Assembly: GCA_040954595.2 (NCBI GenBank)
Contig: CM082598.2
Coordinates: 7,331,097-7,395,096 of the forward strand
Source of the DNA: Balanoglossus misakiensis
Taxonomy: Eukaryota; Animalia; Hemichordata
DNA length: 64,000 bases
Direction: 5' to 3'
This document shows positions 24,201-32,448 of the stretch, piece by piece (positions within the stretch are counted from its first letter, which is position 1; each line of letters starts with the position of its first letter). The translations under genes were made by a program, and so were the position numbers. The notes below the pieces were generated by a model. It saw nothing but the letters and a program-made list of their open reading frames with translations. It searched no databases and had not been told where the DNA came from.

Positions 24201-27200
24201 GCAAAGATGTATGCAGATGAAAGAAGGAATGCGCGATATTCTGAAGTGCAAGTTGGAGATAAAGTTCTAGTTGAGCAGCAGAAGACAAACAAATTGTCAA
24301 CTCCATTTAACCCGGAGCCGTATACTGTTGTCAACAAAACTGGGAATAGCATCATAGTTGAGTCCCCGAGAGGTGTTCAATATTCTAGGAATACCACACA
24401 CGTCAAGACATACATCACTGACACCGTAACACCAGAGCAGGAGACAAACAGCCAGCACAACAAGAATCGCCACCTGCTATATCACCCTGTGACCAGTCTT
24501 TGCAGAGAATGATCAGCGGGAAAGTCCACAGACTCCGACAGATTCACCTATGACTAGTAGTGGCAGACCACAAAGGTCCAGGCAACTGCCATCAAAATAC
24601 TCAGATTTTCTTGTTAGCTATTAGCTTTGACCCTGAATATTGACATTGAAATTTGTCAGTAGTTTATTGTTGTTTTCAGATATGCGCGGAACACTGATAT
24701 AAGGAAAATACATACTGCGGACGTGTTCATGTTTATGCATTGTTGGACATGCATTCGTTTCACATTTTGCTGTTGATTTTTTGTAAACTTTAAACTGTGC
24801 ATTTTCGTGGACACTTGACATTCCATTGACACATTAGTAGCCTGAAGAGCTATTCCAAGAAAAGGAGGGATGTAGTGTATCAGATGTATTCTGATCCCCC
24901 CTGTATTGACTTTAGTACATTCCAGACGCATGGCAGTATGGGACATATAGCCTCGTTCTGATACTCTCTCTGGTAGTTGTAGTTCTCCTTGTGTGCAAGC
25001 AATAAATACCTGTTCGTGTTCATGATTCAATGCGGAGTGTCCTCTAATTAACGAAGTCAGAGCGACTGACACGTATAAACACATATACCGTGAGAAGCGG
25101 TTCATAACAGCATTTGAACAGAAACTGTATCGACTGTAAACATGTGTAATTCAGTTTTATACATGTACCTAAACGATCGCGCTAAATAACTTCTTTGAAA
25201 ATATCTGCCAGTTGATACAGAAAGAAAAGTTACTCCCAGTAATTGACAAACAACCTCAAATTTGACAATTTGCAAAACAAATAACATTACGCATAACCAA
25301 TTTTAAACTTAACTTTTTTATGATTTTCTTTCAAAGAATGATTACATCACAACTGACAGTGATGTAATGTTAGTGAACATTTACTGAATGTGACCAATTT
25401 ATTTATGCAACCTACACAATATAGAAGAAGATCTAGCCAACAACTACAGTGACATTTAGTAGAATTGTCAGAAGAAACATTGGCCAATTTGGAATAATCA
25501 CATGTCATCTCCAATATGATGACAAATTTAAGAAATGTGAAGATTTATGTAGAAACAGATCAGACTGTTCTCAGCACAAAGTAGCCAAGCTGTGCAAACT
25601 GGATGATCTCAATCAAAGGGGAAATAAAAGAGAAATTTGAGAGGTGTGAAGATTTATGTAGAAACAGATCAAACATCTGTGCTAATCAAACTGTGTTTAT
25701 TTCCTGCAGGAGGGCATCAGACTGTTCTCAGCACAAAGTAGCCAAGCTGTGCAGACTGGACGATGTCAATCACAGGGGAAATTGAAGAGAAATTTGAGAG
25801 ATGTGAAGATTTATGTAGAAATAGATCAAACATCTGTGCTAACCAATTTATGTTTATTTCCTGTAGGAGGGCATCAGACTGTTCTCAGCACAAAGTAGCC
25901 AAGCTGTGCAGACTGGACGATGTCAATCAAAGGGGAAATAAAAGAGAAATTTGAGAGATGTGTAGAATGATGTAGAAACAGATCAAACATCTGTGCTAAC
26001 CAAACTATGTTTATTTCCTGCAGGAGGGCATCAGACTGTTCTCAGCACAAAGTAGCCAAGCTGTGCAGACTGGACGATGTCAATCAAAGGGGAAATAAAA
26101 GAGAAATTTGAGAGATGTGTAGAATGATGTAGAAACAGATAAAACATCTGTGCTAACCAAACTATGATTATTTCCTGTAGGAGGGCATCAGACTGTTCTC
26201 AGCACAAAGTAGCCAAGCTCTGCAGACTGGACGATATCGATCAAAGGGGAAATTAAAGAGAAATTTGAGAGATGTGAAGATTTATGTAGAAACAGATAAA
26301 ACATCTGTGCTAACCAAACTATGCTTATTTCCTGTAGGAGGGCATCAGACTGTTCTCAGCACAAAGTAGCCAAGCTGTGCAGACTGGACGATGTCAATCA
26401 AAGGGGAAATATAAGAGAAATTTGAGAGATGTGAGGATTTACGTAGAAACAGATCAAACATCTGTGCTAACCAAACTATGTTTATTTCCTGTAGGAGGGC
26501 ATCAGACTGTTCTCAGCACAAAGTAGCCAAGCTGTGCAGACTGGACGATATCGGTCAAAGGGGAAATTAAAGAGAAATTTTATGTGACAAGCGATAAATC
26601 TATCATCATTAAAATATATTTCCACTTGTTGTCCAACAATATCAAGTAGAGTTTTGTAACGATGTCATTACCGGTAGTTATCTGTATAAAAAATGATTAA
26701 ATAAAACAAGCGACCTAGCGTCCGATAGAGCTCCACTGTAATGGGTTGCAGAAATGATTAGGTAACCAGTTAGCATGCAGGTTATGATGAGAAGCTGAAT
26801 ATTCAATATAGATGGTAGAAAATAAGAAAGTGTGGAGGATAGACATACACACATGGTTGAGACTTTTTCACTAGTCCCAAAAATTACAAATATGCAAATG
26901 TAACCACAATTTGAACAAACTAAGGTCACCCCAAGGAAGCTGCATATCAAATTTCCAATCAATTGGAGCAGCCATTTCAGAGAAGAAGACAAAAAATTAT
27001 TTTGGACCAAAAACGGGGAAAATTGCCCCAAAAATACAATATGCAAATGTCACCACAATTTGAGCAAACTTGACTTAGGTCACTCCAAGGAAGCTGCATA
27101 GAACATTTCCAATCAATTGGAACAGAGGTTTCTGAGAAGACAAAAGAAGAAAAATGTTCACGGACGGCGGACGACATACGCCGGATGACAACTAAGAGTT

Positions 27201-30200
27201 CACCTATCTGATAAGCTCCACGTCTCTGACTGCAGAGCTAAAAACTTGAATTTCACACAAAAAATCCATCTGAAGAAAGTTAACACTCACACTGCATCAA
27301 AAAGTATAATAACCAAAGCAAAACATGAATGGACACTGTGGCCAATGGGAATGTGGTAAGACACTGAAATACTGAAATGCAGTCATTCCATGGGAAGAAA
27401 TATTTTAATGAAATATCACGGACAAACAAAAGCAACAAAACTCTTCATAAGAGATTCCATTGAAAGTCACAGTAGCACCAATTGTCAAGGACATTTGTGT
27501 AACCATTCCAGCCATGCCCCACACTAAAACTGAACAGATTGGACCAGTCACACCTCCCTTAATCCTATTGTTCCCAATGTTTATCTCATCAATATATCTA
27601 TTGCATGCTTTGAGCACGTTTTCTCAGGTTCTTGAACCTGGTTGGTTAAAATTGGCTGTTCTGGTCATCTTGATCACCCCTTTGAAATGATTGGGTAAGT
27701 GACAGACAGTGATGAGAAGCTGAGGAGTGGAGCCGCACAGACCTCATGTTTTATAAGCTTGAGCTATTTCCTAGTGAAAGAGCAATCCAAATGCTGCCGC
27801 CGTGTTACTCAGAATGATGAAAAAAATTGTCCGACTGAACAATTTAGTGTTACAATGTATTATATTTTATAAAGTTTATAAGAGGTAAATAGGGTCAGCA
27901 CTGCACTATTCGGCCTGAAGTACAAGCTAAAACTGGCCGACTTCTCTCGGCACCGTCAACAAGCACTCACGCCCCAAGCAAGTCCCCCGCATGCCATGTG
28001 TGATGTGACCATGGCTGCGCTTCCGTTCTTCGGTCCTAAAAGTTGCCAAACAAACCCCAGTTTAAAACGGCCCCAATCAGAGCCGCAATGAAAACAAGTT
28101 CTTCTGGTGAAGTCTTACTAGAAATGTTGCTATGACTATAATTTTGACACAAAACTGATCATGAGTGTGGACTGATTGCATAAAAAATATTTCGAAAGTA
28201 CTTCCTGTAAAAAAAGGGAGGCGGCTCCACACACCAGACTATTTTTGTTTATGAACATGATGTACACGTGCGGGGGTTGTCAACTTGATGTAATAGCCAT
28301 GATTCTCAAGATTTCCAATGGTTATAAGAGTGTACGTAAACAACAAAAGTAAACTCCTGAAAATTAAAGGGACAAAGTCTCTCTCTCGCTTCCCTTTTGC
28401 CATTAATTATGTTTGATACAAGACACTGTTTATGTTATTCTACATGTGTATGTAGTGAATCAACGTTTGACCACACACAAATATGCAAAGGAGAATTTAT
28501 TAATAAGCCATACCTACCAAAATCTTATCAGATCTAGAACTTATCATAACAATGCTTTATACAAAATTTCATATCATTGGATTCAATTTCTCTCAAGATA
28601 TGAGTGGAACAAAATCTGTCTACAGAAGGACAGACAGAAATCGCTGTATCACAGAGTCCAATAATGAGATTATTATTGAAACCACAAAATATTGACGATA
28701 AACAATGCAAAAAACAACAACATCTTTATGTTCAACGAGACAGTTTTTGGCAGATGCTGGAGACCCTTTCTCATAACTCCAAATTGCTCACAGTGGAGAT
28801 CAAATGTCTCAGAGATAGGAGAGACAATCACATCATCATCATGAGTCAATATTTGCCTGTGTCTGTACAATACCTGACTCGATAGAGGGAGTAGTTTCGA
28901 TTCAAAGGACAGTGACAAATTATATGGCGCCTCCTTATGATGAATTGTATTAGGTGACAGACAGGAGTTGCCAGATGCTGGAGGCCGACAGACAATCGCC
29001 CTATCTGATACTCTCTGTGATAGGATTGGCATCGACCGTCATCAGTCAACACCTGTCTGTACAACACCTGACCAATAGAGGGAGTAGTTTTGATTCAAAG
29101 GGCAATGGACAAATAGATACATAGTATCCCAGACACAATTTACTAAGAAAACTACAGAGGAAATGGGACTATTGAGAAAGCTCATACTTTTAGAATTTAC
29201 CTGCAGAAGTCAGGTTGGTATTTACCTCGTTTTGAATGGTCACATCAGCTTTATGTTCCAATAACAATCTGACACAGCCTTCACCAGCACACCCTGCTGC
29301 ATCATACAAAGGGGTGTCTCCATCCTGTAAGTAATGAAGGAGAAGCATGGGAACAATGTCACAAAAATTGAAATGTAATGTGAGGTTTCTTAAAACAAAC
29401 AAATAAACACTTAAATGTGAGGTGTAAACAAACAAACAAACCTACAAATAAATAAAAATATCATACCATCAGCCATATTGCAAAAAACAACCAAGAATGG
29501 CATACTGACTGATTTGAAAGGATAATCCACAGTACTTCCACACACACACAATGAAAATTGCCGACTGTTAAAGTGAAAACAGATCAAAGAATCTCAATTG
29601 ATTCTAACAGCGAGGAAAACGCTTTGACTGGTCATATAGTTTTTAACATTGGATGTTTTAGACTCCATAGCTTAGCTAGGGATGGAGGGGATCTGGAAGA
29701 TTTAAAAAAAAGATTGCCAGCAAAATTTCAGAGATGGCTTGAAAAAAATGAAAATTTGTGAACTTTGGTGAAACACAAAAAAATCCATCAAAATTTACTT
29801 TCTGGAACATATTTATTCATTCGGCACAAACTGTGTCAAATACACTATGGTTCAACATATTTGGCTAAATTGTAAAGATTGTTAAATTTAGAGTACAATG
29901 CGTCCTACTGTCCTTCCTATGGCAGGATCCCAGGGTAAAACTAAATCAGTATGGGTAATAATTTTTGGCCTTTCCCTCTTCTTGTTCAGGGGTTAGCTTG
30001 TTTCTTCCCATTGAATTTGGATCATGCAAAGTAATTTTGGATGAAAATAAGAGTGTTGTAATTAGGTCTTTTTCAAAGGCATTTTTTTATTATCCAATTG
30101 TGTGGCCACGTTATCCATAATAAAGTGATAAGTCAGTTCACGTACCTCATCCTTCGCATTGACATCTGCACCATGGCTAATCAACACCCTGACAGCATCC

Positions 30201-32394
30201 AATTTACCTTCGAAGGACGCTGCATGCAATGCTGTGCAACCATACTGGAATAAAGACGTTTAATGTTGGAATAAAAATGACATCACAAATTTGATACTTG
30301 CAATGTGAGTCAACTGATTGATCTTCTGATGAAGAAACTCTAGGAATTTCATCACAATGAGCTTCAGTCACTATTGTAATAATGGTTTTGATTACGATGG
30401 TGTGTTATTTCAGTAATAGTTTGATATTATGAGGTTATGATATTATGATATTATGATATTATGAGGCTCGTGTGGGTTGTGAGCTGCATCACACTCGTCT
30501 TCGACTCGTGTGATGCGGCTCACAGCCCACACTCGCGGCAAATATGGCCCAACAAGACGTGATATGGGGCGATAACCGATTTATCATATGCTCAAACCTC
30601 GGAATTTACAAGAAAAATGAAAAAAATAAAACAAGAACATTTAATTTTTATGAATTATTTTATTCCGCCTAGCGCATTGATATTTTAATAAAATTGTAAA
30701 TCGGCTTCATTCATGATGATGTTGTTGACGTGACCCGCCATTTTAAAGTGTAGCGCTAGCGTACGGTTATGTAAAAGTATGAGGATAACTGTTAAGATGT
30801 AAAATAACGGTAGGAAACGACAACATCGGTCAAAGATGTTTTAGAATGGTAAATTGTTCAAGGACCGCTCTGCATCATGCAAAACAACACATTCTGAAAA
30901 TTGAATTTGAATCGGTGCAACAACAACAACGAACAAGTGAACGTCATCAACATTGCGATGAAATTCAAAATCGGTATGAAATTAGTTAAATTGCAAATAA
31001 AGCCAGAGGCCTTTTATTTCAAAGTTCGAGAGTCTCAAAGTCTGCTCATTTTTTGTGAATTTTTTGATGAGCACGGAGAGTCATATCTGACTGCACGACG
31101 GCGTCGTTTGTACAGTGGCAGGGGCTGTGTCATGGAGGATGATCCCGTCGACGTCGCATTGGAAACGCACAGATATTGAACGAGCCGCCATATATCACTG
31201 CGTCGCTAAATATACCAACCCTTGTCGCCGTTTCCATCTGACACGTACTTGAACTGGTCGAACCAGATTTCACATGTGAAATTGCCCGATTTTCGACGTG
31301 TTTGGATGAAGATTGGGCGAGGACATCTCTTCCTGCTGTCTGAGCGAGGCGGTATTTTTTACAGGTGTAACTGACAATCGTGTTTTTTTCTAAATCAATC
31401 ACACAAGATAAATCTTTTATTTATAACAAATGTCCGAGGCCATCAGAACCCCATGACTTTCGATGTTGACTACCGGTATATCAAATCTCATGAAACCGGG
31501 CCCTGTATCGGGTTATATTAGTTTACATTTAAGGTCGCGATTTTCATAAACATAGTTCCGGGTATCAGCGCAAGAAATGATGACGTTTAGTGCGAAATAT
31601 CACCGGGTGATATTTCACACTAAACGTGGTAATATTCACGTTAAACGTCACTAGGAGGAGGTGATATCAGCATGAGCATATGATAAAGATTTGAATCTGA
31701 AAGATCATAATAATGGTATTTTCTGAGATTGAGTGACAATTCTCTATGACCAAAATACATGTACAGTAAAACCTGTCTAATCCGAACACCAACGGGACAG
31801 AAGCAATTTTTCAGTTTACAGACGTTTCCGGTTGGTAAAGGTTCTTTTAACACGTGGTTCTATGTCAAGGGGACAGGAAAATGTGTTCATTATAGACTGT
31901 TTTCCAGATACGGCATGTTCCATTTCGACAGGTTTTACTGCATGTGGTTGAACCACATTGAACAAAACTGTAGACTGATACCATGTTCACACTAGGTAAA
32001 ACTGGAACTTTTGATGAAACAGTCCACGCTGAATTGATATTATTTATATTTGTGGGCTAGTGTAGATCTTTTTTGCAGAATCTAAATGTGGTGTTGTGAT
32101 ATCATTTTGGGAGTGTGTGGTATTTTGGGAGTTCATAGAAATCTAGTTGATTCAGTGTTATTATTGTGTGAAAAGCCAGTCACTCACATGGCGTTCACAC
32201 AGAGACCATTGAAATGTTTCTGAAACGTCTCTGGTCAAATGCTGGCATAAAATATTACATGTGAACAGTTAAAATGGTCCTGGAACGTTTCAGATTTGAG
32301 ACAGTTTTTGCTGGCCAGACCTGTGGTGTAAAGGATTAACATCTCTCCACAACACATTGTCTATGGGGCGATCTAGTTCCAGGGTCTATGCTTT

Positions 32395-32448
<54 letters not shown>

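Larger units (their letters stand above)
21164..25109 (+). mobile_element. Ty3/Gypsy LTR retrotransposon copy B with both LTRs (21164-21401, 24871-25109), internally deleted
   Basis: 5-bp TSD GCATT (21159-63 / 25110-14), PBS tggcgacgag, PPT aagaaaaggaggga, CCHC knuckle CYRCGLTGHFGRDPKC, RT and integrase C-terminus. Empty site atggcatttgaacag at ~6408 and ~10933. Confidence 0.97.
1450..29225. repeat. Higher-order ~4.2-4.5 kb intron unit, four copies (~1450-5920, ~6260-10440, ~10780-14050 truncated, ~20990-29225 with Gypsy)
   Basis: The same ordered blocks recur: caaactcccttgtggataat, 157-bp repeat, ggacactgtggccaatggg, tgattgggtaagtg, TTAA-MITE, ggagatcaaatgtc, then the next exon. Confidence 0.85.

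Noticed and set aside
111-25109. Diversity-generating retroelement (variable repeats near a reverse transcriptase; NAT/NNT codon pattern)
   Set aside because: The RT is a stop-ridden Gypsy pol. Synonymous adenines in the exons (TTA, GAA, CAA) are invariant, unlike adenine-specific mutagenesis, and no template repeat is visible.
17508-25109. Two independent or active Gypsy insertions
   Set aside because: Same target site, shared stops and a shared deletion indicate one dead insertion that was segmentally duplicated.
85-29400. RAG-type recombination signal sequences flanking the cassettes
   Set aside because: I saw no consistent heptamer/nonamer at fixed spacing in the conserved flanks.
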